A stretch of DNA of 53,393 nt from Nitrospirota bacterium (GCA_011040095.1 DRDE01000177.1:1-53393); one strand, 5' to 3'; shown: positions 35,355 to 47,728, numbered from the stretch's first letter. Translations and numbers: made by a program. Notes: a model not told the origin generated them from the sequence alone.

Positions 35355-36077
35355 CTACATTGCCATCCCGCCGTTAATTCCGATGACCTGCCCATGTATG
35401 TACATGTCCTCTTCAGTAGATAAAAAGTTGACGACAGCGGCCACATCTTCAACCCTGCCTAACCTGTTAACGGGAATCAAAGGTAAAATTTGATCTCTGG
35501 GAATATCTTCCGTCATTTCTGTCTCAATGAAGCCCGGTGCAACGACATTTACAAGTATATTTTTTTTACCGACCTCACGTGCTAAGGATTTAGCCGCTCC
35601 AATCAGCCCTGCTTTAGAAGCAGCGTAGTTGACCTGTCCGGCCTGGCCTATCTCGCCTGAGACTGATGAAACAACGACAATCCGGCCTTTTCTAGCCCTG
35701 AGCATAGAAAACAAAACAGTACGGGTAACGTTATAAAATCCGTCCAGATTTGTAGAAAGAACCGAACTCCATTCCTTTCTGGTCATCCATACAAGCAGAT
35801 TATCCCTGGCAATTCCAGAGTTGTAGACCAGCACATGCGGTGCAGATTTCTCTACTATCGGAGCCAAAGCCGCTTCTGTTTCATCATAGCTTGAGACATC
35901 AAAGGCTATTAAATCACACGACCTTCCCAGTGTTTCTATCTCTGTTTTTACATTTTCAGCAGCTTTATGGCTGCTCTTGTAGGTCAGGCAGATATCAAAC
36001 CCCGAACGGGCAAGGCGTAAAGATACGGCACGTCCGATTCCCCGGCTGCCGCCGACTATAAGGGCAGTCTTCCTCAT
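35355..36077 (-). CDS. fabG: 3-oxoacyl-ACP reductase, SDR family
   Basis: 240 aa. Motifs: VGGSRGIGRAV (TGxxxGxG-type), NSGI, YAASKAG (YxxxK). Confidence 0.9.
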   Translation of the reverse strand: MRKTALIVGGSRGIGRAVSLRLARSGFDICLTYKSSHKAAENVKTEIETLGRSCDLIAFDVSSYDETEAALAPIVEKSAPHVLVYNSGIARDNLLVWMTRKEWSSVLSTNLDGFYNVTRTVLFSMLRARKGRIVVVSSVSGEIGQAGQVNYAASKAGLIGAAKSLAREVGKKNILVNVVAPGFIETEMTEDIPRDQILPLIPVNRLGRVEDVAAVVNFLSTEEDMYIHGQVIGINGGMAM

Positions 36078-36082
36078 TTAAG

Positions 36083-36766
36083 TCACCCCCCCGGTGAGAA
36101 TTTAACAAACTTCTCCCAATACTCAAACAGATCTTTCGTAGCATACAGATCCCCAACACAGTATCTGGCGATTGTAAGGTATTGCCGCTGTTTAAAAAGT
36201 TCGGGCACTTCGTGTCCTGTGACGCCTTCCTCTTTCGGACTCTTTATTCCAAAGGCTTTGCACCACATGTGGAGGCTGAATTTTCTCCGCACGGAACCAT
36301 AGAATGTCAGCGTATCAATCAGGTCGCAATGCGACAGGTTGTAACGGTTGGGCATAAGCTCTTTGGTCGGCTGTATTTTGTTTATTGCCGACCGCAATAT
36401 GAGAAAGGGAGCGTCAAATCCCCTGCCGTTAAACGTTATCACCTGGTCATAATATTTTACAGCCTCCCAGAACCTCTTAAGTATCCCTGCTTCAGTGTCG
36501 GCAACATATGCAATCCCTTCTTCATCAACAGGGTCCTGGGGCGCTCCCGGAGACTGGTAATATACTGCGCCCCTGTTCGTGTCGGGGTTGAGCATTCCGA
36601 TTGCGACAATCTCACCCGTGAGAGGGGAGAAGCTAAGGCCTTCTTTGGCCGCACTGATATCTTCCTCCGTCTCTGTAAACTTGAGGATATATTCTTTGGA
36701 TGCTTCATCAAAAGAGTCGAAATCTCTTCCGATTGTCTCGATGTCAATAATGATCTTTTTGGACAT
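36083..36766 (-). CDS. PolB-exonuclease-like 3'-5' exonuclease (RNase H fold)
   Basis: KIIIDIETIG..., ...FNGRGFDAPFL..., ...YCVGDLYAT are ExoI/II/III-like motifs. The stop lies only 5 nt before the fabG-like start. The start is ATG 36766 or GTG 36781. Confidence 0.75.
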   Translation of the reverse strand: MSKKIIIDIETIGRDFDSFDEASKEYILKFTETEEDISAAKEGLSFSPLTGEIVAIGMLNPDTNRGAVYYQSPGAPQDPVDEEGIAYVADTEAGILKRFWEAVKYYDQVITFNGRGFDAPFLILRSAINKIQPTKELMPNRYNLSHCDLIDTLTFYGSVRRKFSLHMWCKAFGIKSPKEEGVTGHEVPELFKQRQYLTIARYCVGDLYATKDLFEYWEKFVKFSPGG

Positions 36767-36862
36767 AGAAGGTTTTAACACGTTTTTGATAAAAGATGCA
36801 AGAAATTAATATTCCCGATGAATTCGTAAAAAGTCGTTATAATCCGGAGTGAAGGATAAAAG

Positions 36863-36982
36863 GTAACCGTTCACAGGGTGCAGGGGCAGTTTATCAGTTT
36901 TCCCCTCTCAAGAGGGGATTTCAGTCTTTCCGTTGCAGTGTTTAATGTTGAATACTGACAAATATAACCCGTGAACGGTTAC
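36863..36982. repeat. Nested inverted-repeat element in the intergenic region upstream of the cluster
   Basis: Outer arms are gtaaccgttcacagggt (36863-36879) and acccgtgaacggttac (36967-36982), with a 12-bp perfect core. The inner hairpin is tcccctc-tcaa-gagggga (36901-36918). Confidence 0.5.
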
Positions 36983-36994
36983 GACAAAAGAGGG

Positions 36995-37321
36995 TTATTT
37001 GAGTGTCCGTATAAATTCCTTATATCCTTCAGGGGGATCCAGGATACCCATGCCCATGCTGAATGATATGCCGTGAGGAGAGGTTTTTGTCTGAAACCAT
37101 TTGACTTTACAATTAAGGCTTATTTTTTCACCGGAGGGGAGGTTGCATTTAAGCTCAAGCGCTGTTGAAGGGGCAATGTCCTCTATACTATTTGCCGTAG
37201 CAGTCACTATGTACAGACCTTTTTCGGAAAAATTCATAATAATACCGGGGTAACTCCCGCTCCCCGAAATTATTTCAGCATCCAGGCTGTCGACTATCCT
37301 GCTGTTATCTCTTTTCTCCAT
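36995..37321 (-). CDS. PilZ-domain protein (c-di-GMP receptor type)
   Basis: 108 aa with RDNSR (RxxxR) and NFSEKG (D/NxSxxG) motifs at the canonical spacing. Confidence 0.8.
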   Translation of the reverse strand: MEKRDNSRIVDSLDAEIISGSGSYPGIIMNFSEKGLYIVTATANSIEDIAPSTALELKCNLPSGEKISLNCKVKWFQTKTSPHGISFSMGMGILDPPEGYKEFIRTLK

Positions 37322-37403
37322 AGTTCTTAAATGCCCTAATTTGATTTATATTTTTAAGTATACCAAATCATAAGTCGTATGAAAACAAATATCCGTTCCC
37401 TGA

Positions 37404-37440
37404 TAAAAAAACGGCTCTCTTAAATGAGAACCGCTTTTTT
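37404..37440 (-). terminator. Rho-independent (bidirectional-type) terminator after ppdK
   Basis: 8-bp stem cggctctc/gagaaccg (one G-U pair) with a 6-nt loop. Flanked by an A7 run on one side and a T6 run on the other. Begins 25 nt past the ppdK stop. Confidence 0.6.
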
Positions 37441-37464
37441 GTGAAAACCGGATCAGATAAATAT

Positions 37465-40194
<2,730 letters not shown>

Positions 40195-40516
40195 TTCGAC
40201 CTCCAGAATTTTAATTCAAGATTTATAATGCAAAGCGATCAAATAATTTAAACCGCTACGTATTCTACACAAAATATCAGGCTAAATTCAAACATATAAT
40301 TTTTTATAATCGTACAGGTGGAGCTCATTATAAAATTATACATGACTTTTTTGAATAAGCAATTGTAACTGCCTGCGAAAGGCACAGGGCTGCGGGATAT
40401 CAAAGGGACAGGGTGAAAGAAAATGATACAAACTTTCACTGTACAACCACAGTGTTTACTCCCGGCTTAACGCAACACCGGGGACAGGCTCCTCCACTGA
40501 ACCCTGCATGGTTCAG

Positions 40517-40607
40517 TGGCGGAGGAGGCAGGATTCGAACCTGCGTCCCGGCGAAACCGGGAAACGGTTTTCGAGACCGCCGCCTTAAACCGCTCGGCCA
40601 CTCCTCC
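40517..40607 (-). tRNA. tRNA-Ser (anticodon CGA) with encoded CCA
   Basis: Hand-folded: acceptor GGAGGAG/CTCCTCC, anticodon stem GCGGT/ACCGT with loop CTCGAAA, long variable arm TTCCCGGTTTCGCCGGGAC, T arm GCAGG-TTCGAAT-CCTGC, 3' GCCA. Confidence 0.95.
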
Positions 40608-40618
40608 AGATGTATTTT

Positions 40619-41080
40619 TTAACCGGAACCGTCTCTTAATTTTACAAAAAATCTCTTCAAAATACCTGCACACTCATTTTCCAGTACCCCGGATGCCACC
40701 CTGACCCGGTGATTGAGCAAAGGATCATAAACTATTTGATACCGGCTTGTTACTGCTCCATATTTTTCGTCCCTGCACCCGTAAACGAGTTTTCCGAGCC
40801 TTGCATTAATCATTGCCCCTGCGCACATGACGCATGGTTCTTTGGTTACATAAAGAGTTGCGCCGGTTAAACGCCAATTGCCTGTCTTTATTGCTCCTTC
40901 CCTGATAACGGTCAGTTCTGCATGTGCGGTCGGGTCTGCAGATGCCTCCTTTTTATTATGAGCCGAGACTATAATCCTGTTTTCTTTTACAAGAACCGCC
41001 CCGACAGGGACTTCGCCTTCTGCAAATGCCGCCTCTGCCTCATTAAGGGCAAGACGCATGAAATATTCATCATTTATCAT
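40619..41080 (-). CDS. tadA: tRNA-specific adenosine deaminase
   Basis: HAELTVIREG and PCVMCAGA zinc-ligand motifs. I prefer the start MINDEYFMRLAL at 41080; the ORF track's 67-codon N-terminal extension is unlikely. Confidence 0.9.
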   Translation of the reverse strand: MINDEYFMRLALNEAEAAFAEGEVPVGAVLVKENRIIVSAHNKKEASADPTAHAELTVIREGAIKTGNWRLTGATLYVTKEPCVMCAGAMINARLGKLVYGCRDEKYGAVTSRYQIVYDPLLNHRVRVASGVLENECAGILKRFFVKLRDGSG

Positions 41081-41401
41081 CAGGTTGTTTTCCAGGGAAA
41101 CAGACAGGGCAGTAAAGTTCTCCATAGTCGAGACTGCAGATATGTCCGCATTCAGCGCAGCAGGTACATTTATCCGCGGGTCTTTCACAAACATCGCAAA
41201 CTTTAATATTATTTTCCATAATTGACACGAACTCTCCCAGCATAACTCAGCGGCTCTTTGCAAATCAAGGGGCGCGGACACATGATGATGCCCGCTTTAT
41301 TTTCCATGCCGGAAGCATGTATAATATTGAGATTTTTTATAATAAAAAATGTCTGTGAAACTCTTTTATGTTTCACTACCGGGCAATATCAAGGAGAATA
41401 A

Positions 41402-43849
41402 ATGGCAAGACTTACTTTAAATATTGAAGAGGAGATGAAAACTTCCTATCTCGATTACGCGATGAGCGTAATTGTCGGCAGGGCGCTGCCGGATGTGAGA
41501 GACGGGCTCAAACCCGTTCAGCGCCGCATACTCTATGCAATGCTCAGGGAAGGGCTGACGCCGGGGAAAAAGTATTCCAAATGCGCGGGTGTTGTGGGGG
41601 AAGTGCTGAAAAAATATCATCCCCACGGAGACTCTGCGGTATATGACGCCCTCGTGAGGCTGGCGCAGGATTTTAATATGCGCTATATGCTTGTCGACGG
41701 CCAGGGCAACTTCGGCTCCATAGACGGCGACCCTGCAGCAGCATACCGTTACACAGAGGCGCGTCTCACAAAGATTGCCGAGGAGCTGCTTATTGATATT
41801 GACAAGGATACAGTGGGTTATTCTCCCAACTTTGATGAAACGACTCAGGAGCCCGTAGTCCTGCCGGCAAGGGCGCCTAACCTGCTCATCAACGGATCAT
41901 CGGGGATCGCAGTGGGCATGGCCACCAATATACCGCCTCACAATCTCGGAGAGGTGGTTGACGGGCTTGTGATGATGATAGAAAATCCGGATGTTACGAT
42001 TAATGAACTCATGAAAAAGATCAAGGGGCCTGATTTCCCGACAGGCAGCACAATTCACGGGAAACAGGGGATCATTGACGCCTATCATACCGGCAGAGGC
42101 AAGGTAAAAATGAGGGCAAAAGTAGGCTTTGAGGAAAATAAAAGAGGGCAGAGCATCATAATTTCAGAATTGCCGTACCAGGTCAACAAGGCAAGGCTCA
42201 TTGAAAAGATTGCGGAACTTGTGCGCCACAAGAAGATTGAAGGCCTGTCCGATCTCAGGGATGAATCCGACAGGGAGGGAATCAGGGTAGTGCTTGAGGT
42301 AAAACGCGGAGAGATCCCGCAGGTAATCCTGAACCAGTTGTACAAGCATACGGCGATGGAATCCACCTTTGGCATTATCATGCTCGCAATCGTCAACGGC
42401 CAGCCGGAGGTGTTAAAACTTACAAGGATTCTTTCCCTTTTTCTCCAGCACAGACGGGATGTCACAGTAAGAAAAACGAAATTTGAACTCAGGAAAGCGG
42501 AAGAAAAGGCCCACATCCTTGAAGGCCTTAAAATTGCCCTTGACAATCTGGACAAAATAATAAAATTGATCCGCAGCTCCAAGTCCCCGGAAGATGCCCT
42601 GAATGGATTGATGGGGGATTTCCCACTGACAAAGGCGCAGGCGCAGGCAATTTTAGATATGAGACTGCAGAGGCTGACCGGTCTGGAAAGGGACAAGATT
42701 GTTGCCGATTACGAAAACACCATTAAAGAAATTGAGCGGCTCAGGTCGATCTTAGCAAGCTCTGCGCTCGTTGACAACATAATTAAAGAAGAGCTTCTTG
42801 AGATCAGGAAAAAGTATGCCGACAAAAGACGCACTGAGATAGTGGCTGAAGCATTAGAGCTAACTGTCGAGGACCTCATCACAGAGGAAGAAATGGTGGT
42901 AACCATTTCCCACCAGGGGTATATTAAGAGGAATTCCCTTGACATCTACAGAAGCCAGCACAGGGGCGGCAAAGGCCTTCTCGGAATGGAAACGAGGGAG
43001 GAGGATTTTGTAGAAGACCTCTTTACCGCATCAACTCACGATTATGTCCTGTTCTTTACCAACTTCGGACGCCTTTACTGGCTCAAGGTCTACCAGATAC
43101 CTGAAATGGGCAGGGCTGCAAGGGGCAGGGCTATTGTCAACCTGCTGCAGATATCCCCGAAAGAAAGGCTGTCGGCCGTTTTCCCGATAAAGGAGTTCAA
43201 GGAAGGCCTTTCCCTGTTTATGGCAACAAAAAAAGGCATTGTCAAAAAAACTGCGTTATCAGCATACAGCAATCCCCGGTCCACGGGAATCAATGCAATC
43301 AAGATCGATACTGAAGACGAGCTGATCGGTGTCAGGCTGACTGACGGTCAAAAAGACATTACACTCAGCACGCGGAACGGCCTTTCAATCAGGTTCAATG
43401 AGCAGGATGTGAGAGAGGTGGGGAGGGTTGCCCGCGGGGTGATAGGCATCAGGCTCAAGGGAGACGACGAAGTCGTTTCCGTCGGCATTGTAGAAGAGGA
43501 TACAACTCTACTGACCATAACGGAAAAAGGATACGGCAAGAGAACCAGGGCAAAAGAGTACAGGATCCAGGGCAGGGGCGGAAAGGGAATTTTCACCATA
43601 AAGGTAACAAAGAAAAACGGGAAGGTAGTCGGCGTGCTCCGTGTTACAAATGATGATGAGATAATAATCATTGCAAGCAGCGGCAAATTAATTCGTCTGA
43701 GGGCATCGAATATTTCCATTATCGGCCGCGCTACCCAGGGAGTAAGGCTTATAGACCTGGCCAAAAACGACAAAGTCGTCAGCATAGCCCGCGTAGCTGA
43801 AAAAGATGCGGCTGACAGCAACCCGAGCGGGGACCTGTTCAAGGAGTAA
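41402..43849 (+). CDS. gyrA: DNA gyrase subunit A
   Basis: 815 aa. [33 protein letters not shown], active-site Tyr region [11 protein letters not shown], and C-terminal beta-pinwheel repeats. Confidence 0.98.
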   Translation: MARLTLNIEEEMKTSYLDYAMSVIVGRALPDVRDGLKPVQRRILYAMLREGLTPGKKYSKCAGVVGEVLKKYHPHGDSAVYDALVRLAQDFNMRYMLVDGQGNFGSIDGDPAAAYRYTEARLTKIAEELLIDIDKDTVGYSPNFDETTQEPVVLPARAPNLLINGSSGIAVGMATNIPPHNLGEVVDGLVMMIENPDVTINELMKKIKGPDFPTGSTIHGKQGIIDAYHTGRGKVKMRAKVGFEENKRGQSIIISELPYQVNKARLIEKIAELVRHKKIEGLSDLRDESDREGIRVVLEVKRGEIPQVILNQLYKHTAMESTFGIIMLAIVNGQPEVLKLTRILSLFLQHRRDVTVRKTKFELRKAEEKAHILEGLKIALDNLDKIIKLIRSSKSPEDALNGLMGDFPLTKAQAQAILDMRLQRLTGLERDKIVADYENTIKEIERLRSILASSALVDNIIKEELLEIRKKYADKRRTEIVAEALELTVEDLITEEEMVVTISHQGYIKRNSLDIYRSQHRGGKGLLGMETREEDFVEDLFTASTHDYVLFFTNFGRLYWLKVYQIPEMGRAARGRAIVNLLQISPKERLSAVFPIKEFKEGLSLFMATKKGIVKKTALSAYSNPRSTGINAIKIDTEDELIGVRLTDGQKDITLSTRNGLSIRFNEQDVREVGRVARGVIGIRLKGDDEVVSVGIVEEDTTLLTITEKGYGKRTRAKEYRIQGRGGKGIFTIKVTKKNGKVVGVLRVTNDDEIIIIASSGKLIRLRASNISIIGRATQGVRLIDLAKNDKVVSIARVAEKDAADSNPSGDLFKE

Positions 43850-44179
43850 GGCGCTGCCTGGAGTTTTTTGCATCAATATTTGCGGAAATGGAAGCGAATA
43901 CCCGTAATTCGTAAGCCTACGGATTTCAGTAATAGAGTTCCCGGTACAATAATATTATCAGCAAAAAAACGCTGAAGATGCAGGATTATCTGCGCTTACA
44001 GCCACCTTTGGGCGCCGGTTATTTATTTTAAAGCCGGGCGCCGACCGCTGATGCCTGAATTATTGCAATTGTGTTAATATATTATACTGCTATAAACAAC
44101 CCGGACCGATTCCAATGATTTATAATCCCGGTTGAAATGATGGGGTGAAGTGGATACCCGCTTCAGGTATAATATAATA

Positions 44180-45586
44180 ATGCAAGAAAATTTTTACTCA
44201 GCTACAACTATCTCGTATAAAAAACCCTTGGCGCAGGTAATTATTACTTTTTTATTGTCGTTAATCATAGGGGGGATATACTCATATGATCTGATTATTT
44301 TCGGCGCCGCTCTTCTCGGGTCCGCAGTGGTGGTCTTCGGCGTGGCTAAGCCGAAGTACATGCTGTACTTTATATTATTCTCATCCAGTGTGCTGAGCTT
44401 TTATCCACTTGCCCTTTATACGACATTTTTTGAGGGCACAAGTTTTCAGATAAACCTTCAGGGGCTCAGAAACGTATTAATTATTGTCGTTACCATTCCA
44501 CTGATTATGTTCAATTTCAAAGAGGTTGTCAAAGCCAGGTTCTTTTTTCCGATCATGCTGTATATCCTGGTTTTTACTATGACGACTATCATTAACTTTT
44601 CCTCGGATGATATACGTCTTTTTACCAATATTGTCAGCCCGTTCCTGTTTTATTTTCTGATGTTGATTTTCATAAAGGATGAGAGCGATAAAAAGGCGGT
44701 TTTAACCGCGATTATTTTATCTTCTCTTATTCCTATAATAGTAGCTTTTCTGCAGTATTTTCATGTTATGCGACTATATGAAAAGTATAGCTATAATATC
44801 AGCGGCAGGAGGATACATTCGACCTTTGATCTTGCCAATACATTCGGCGTCTATATGGTGATGTTTTCATTTATTTCGATCCTTAACTTCCTTAAAGCAA
44901 AAAAGCTTTTCAGTAAAATATGGAGCGGCATTTATTTAATAGGGGCTCATATTGCCCTTCTTATGACCCTTTCGCGGAATGCCATCTTCAGTCTGCTGCT
45001 GGCCTCTATGATGGTAGCTAATGCAAAATGGGGATTATTGCGTTCAGTGCTTGTCGGACTTATGTTGGTCGTAATTTTATTTTCTCTCCCCGGGGGCTTC
45101 AATGAAAGGCTCCTGTCCCCGAGTCAAAAGATAGATGTCTCGGTCTTTGATGTTTTTAGCAGGTTTGATTTTGAAACGCTTAATTTCTACTCAATGGGCA
45201 GGCTTAATATATGGAGAGACTGGTGGTACATGATTTTAGAGAGTACACCGAAAGAGTATATTCTGGGTCATGGGTTTGATGCGAATTTTATAAAGGGCAG
45301 GTATTTTCATAACGAATTTTTGAGAACATTCTGGGTTAGCGGGGTTGTAGGCCTGTTGTTCTATATATATGTGATTGCTTATATGCTTCACACGATTTAT
45401 TCATGGATGCGGCGTTCTCTTAAAAAAGGAAAATTGAATATTTATTATCTCTCTGCTTTTGGTTATATGTTTGCCATGACCTTCATGCTGAACTTCGATA
45501 ATATCAAGGAAAAACATCAAATCTGGGTTTATTATTTCGCGCTTCTGGCGCTGGCTGAAATAACTAAAGAAAAAGAAACAACATGA
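44180..45586 (+). CDS. O-antigen ligase/polymerase-like (Wzy_C-type) membrane protein
   Basis: About 10-12 TM segments, with a ...LMTLSRNAIFSLLLAS... region and a larger loop typical of the O-antigen ligase family. I prefer the ATG at 44180 over the GTG at 44150. Confidence 0.7.
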   Translation: MQENFYSATTISYKKPLAQVIITFLLSLIIGGIYSYDLIIFGAALLGSAVVVFGVAKPKYMLYFILFSSSVLSFYPLALYTTFFEGTSFQINLQGLRNVLIIVVTIPLIMFNFKEVVKARFFFPIMLYILVFTMTTIINFSSDDIRLFTNIVSPFLFYFLMLIFIKDESDKKAVLTAIILSSLIPIIVAFLQYFHVMRLYEKYSYNISGRRIHSTFDLANTFGVYMVMFSFISILNFLKAKKLFSKIWSGIYLIGAHIALLMTLSRNAIFSLLLASMMVANAKWGLLRSVLVGLMLVVILFSLPGGFNERLLSPSQKIDVSVFDVFSRFDFETLNFYSMGRLNIWRDWWYMILESTPKEYILGHGFDANFIKGRYFHNEFLRTFWVSGVVGLLFYIYVIAYMLHTIYSWMRRSLKKGKLNIYYLSAFGYMFAMTFMLNFDNIKEKHQIWVYYFALLALAEITKEKETT

Positions 45587-45695
45587 TTTGTGATTTTTTC
45601 GTATAATTTCTTAATGATGCAGTTCGAGGGCCGGCTGCCCGGACGGATTTTGTTGTAAAATACGGCTTGTTTACAATGACTGGATTAATCTGAAA

Positions 45696-46406
45696 ATGAT
45701 GAAACAAACACATGCCAATAAATATCTTATACAAAGAATCGGCGGAGAATTACGGCAGTGCGTATCGTCAACCGGCCATACTCCCCGTATCCTGAATATA
45801 GGTGCGGCAAAAACAATTTATATTGAAGATGACCTGAGTAGTGACGGCTGTGTTTACGTTGCTGACCGTATTGATGTAGACGACTGCACCGTCACCCATC
45901 CGCATATCAGGGAGTGCTGGAAATGCTCGGTTGAATCCATGCGCCCGGTGAACTCGCAGCAATACGATTTTGCTATTGCCAATTGGGTGCTTGAGCATGT
46001 TCCCGACCTAAGCAAGGCTGCCGGGGAAATGTACAGGATATTGAAACCATCCGGCAAACTCATTACCGCTGTTCCTAACCCTGCCTCACCGGAGTTCCTG
46101 TTTGCAAGATTAACACCTTTATGGATTCACAAGATGATACGCGGGCAGAATCATGATGAAGATGAAACATATCATACATATCATACATGTTATGCATACG
46201 ACAGCATTAAACAACTGCTTGAGATATTTAAGCAGGCGGGGTTTCGGGAAATTGAAATAAAATACTTTCCGACTATCGAAAGTTATGTTTCCCGGTTTCC
46301 TTTTTTGAATTTTCCGGGCAAACTGTATGACAAGATTATTTCCTCCTTAAAAATCAAGCCATTAATGGGACATGTCTGCATCCTGTTTGAAAAGCCCTCT
46401 ACCTGA
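45696..46406 (+). CDS. Class I SAM-dependent methyltransferase
   Basis: ILNIGAAKT (motif I-like) and ...DFAIANWVLEHVPDLSKAAGEMYRILKPSGKLI, a Methyltransf_11-type pattern. Confidence 0.8.
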   Translation: MMKQTHANKYLIQRIGGELRQCVSSTGHTPRILNIGAAKTIYIEDDLSSDGCVYVADRIDVDDCTVTHPHIRECWKCSVESMRPVNSQQYDFAIANWVLEHVPDLSKAAGEMYRILKPSGKLITAVPNPASPEFLFARLTPLWIHKMIRGQNHDEDETYHTYHTCYAYDSIKQLLEIFKQAGFREIEIKYFPTIESYVSRFPFLNFPGKLYDKIISSLKIKPLMGHVCILFEKPST

Positions 46407-46669
46407 AATTTTATCCTGAATCCAGGACACCCTCCCCCGCGTGGCCGATAAAATTTTGCTGTCGGATTTATTGTCATAGCACAAGGAATGAACTTTTTAC
46501 AAAAACATCATGGTTGATTTAATCAATCAATAAAGCATATAGTAGTAGTATAGTATTTGCGTTGAGCAATTCATAGATGTGTATCTGCAATAACGGTTTA
46601 CAAGAGGCACAAAGGGAATAAATGTAATCCTGTCAAAAAGCTAAACTACTATTTCGACTTGAATTTAAA

Positions 46670-47728
46670 ATGAATCTAAAAGTTATAAAACTCGGTTTAA
46701 GCACCTTTCGCAGTATTATCGCCAACAATATATATTTGAAATTGGGAGTTGATTTTACATATCCCGTACATGTTTATGTGCAAATCAATTCAAAATGTAA
46801 TTCAAAGTGCAAGATGTGCAAAATATGGCGGGAAGACACAAATGAACTGCCTGCATCCATATGGATTAAAGCGCTTAAAGAGATACGACCGCATATAGGC
46901 AATTTGAAGGTAAGCTTTACCGGGGGAGAGGTCTTATTAAAGAAGGATATTTTTGAGATGTTTGAAGCCTGCAATAAAGAAAATATCCTGTTCGGAATGA
47001 CTACCAATGGAATTCTTCTTAACAAAACGAATATCGAAAGATTTCTCGACTTGGACCCTTTTAACCTCAATATTTCCCTGGACACATTTGATCCTGATAC
47101 CTATTTCAACATAAGGGGGGTTCGCAGCCTTGAAAAAGTGCTGGCAAATATCGATTATCTTGTGGAATACAGGAAAAAAATAAACAGCAGGGTAATAATA
47201 AATCTCAAGACCATGGTTTGCAGGGAAAACCTGCATGAATTGGATAAAATCGCCGAGTATGCCAGGAAAAAGAACTTTGTCGGCGTAACTTATCAACCCC
47301 TCGTTAAAGAGACAAGAGAGCGTGAAACGAATGACGAATCCGAAGAGATGTTTAACGTTGATAAGAAAGACTTGTTTTACATGATTGACAAGCTGATTGA
47401 CATGAAGAGAAACGGCTATGATATATTAAACTCGGAAGCGAATATAAGGCGATGGCCGGATTATTTTGATGGGACAATAGTTATAGACAGAACTAATCCC
47501 TGTTTAGTGCCATTGAGAAATTTATATATTTTCCCCGAAGGGGATGTTCAGCTTTGTGACTATATCCATACAAAGGTCGGTAATATCGCGCATGAGAACC
47601 TGAGAACAATACTGGATTCGGAGAGGACCGCAAAACTGAAGAAAGAACTGGTTTGCTGCAAAAGGTCCTGTGTTTATTGTGTGCAAAGAACAATTAAAGA
47701 TTATATAACCTTGCTGCTGAAATTTTAG
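46670..47728 (+). CDS. Radical SAM enzyme with a Cys-rich (SPASM-like) C-terminus
   Basis: INSKCNSKCKMC (CX3CX2C), GGEVLL, and C-terminal cysteines (NPCLVP..., QLCDY, VCCKRSCVYC). Confidence 0.85.
   Translation: MNLKVIKLGLSTFRSIIANNIYLKLGVDFTYPVHVYVQINSKCNSKCKMCKIWREDTNELPASIWIKALKEIRPHIGNLKVSFTGGEVLLKKDIFEMFEACNKENILFGMTTNGILLNKTNIERFLDLDPFNLNISLDTFDPDTYFNIRGVRSLEKVLANIDYLVEYRKKINSRVIINLKTMVCRENLHELDKIAEYARKKNFVGVTYQPLVKETRERETNDESEEMFNVDKKDLFYMIDKLIDMKRNGYDILNSEANIRRWPDYFDGTIVIDRTNPCLVPLRNLYIFPEGDVQLCDYIHTKVGNIAHENLRTILDSERTAKLKKELVCCKRSCVYCVQRTIKDYITLLLKF

Noticed and set aside
6657-36781. Stating outright that this is the ladderane biosynthesis cluster of an anammox bacterium.
   Set aside because: The resemblance rests on my memory of a published hypothesis that was never experimentally confirmed. 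Similar clusters reportedly occur in non-anammox bacteria, and nothing in the window (no hydrazine-metabolism genes) fixes the taxon. I keep it only as a testable comparison.
40195-40516. tRNA-Ser as the attachment site of an integrated island.
   Set aside because: There is no integrase, and I saw no direct repeat of the tRNA 3' end. The neighbours (ppdK, tadA, gyrA) are housekeeping genes.
44011-44045. Hairpin gggcgccgg...ccgggcgcc downstream of gyrA as a terminator.
   Set aside because: The stem is imperfect, no T-run follows, and it lies about 160 nt past the stop. This is not enough to call.
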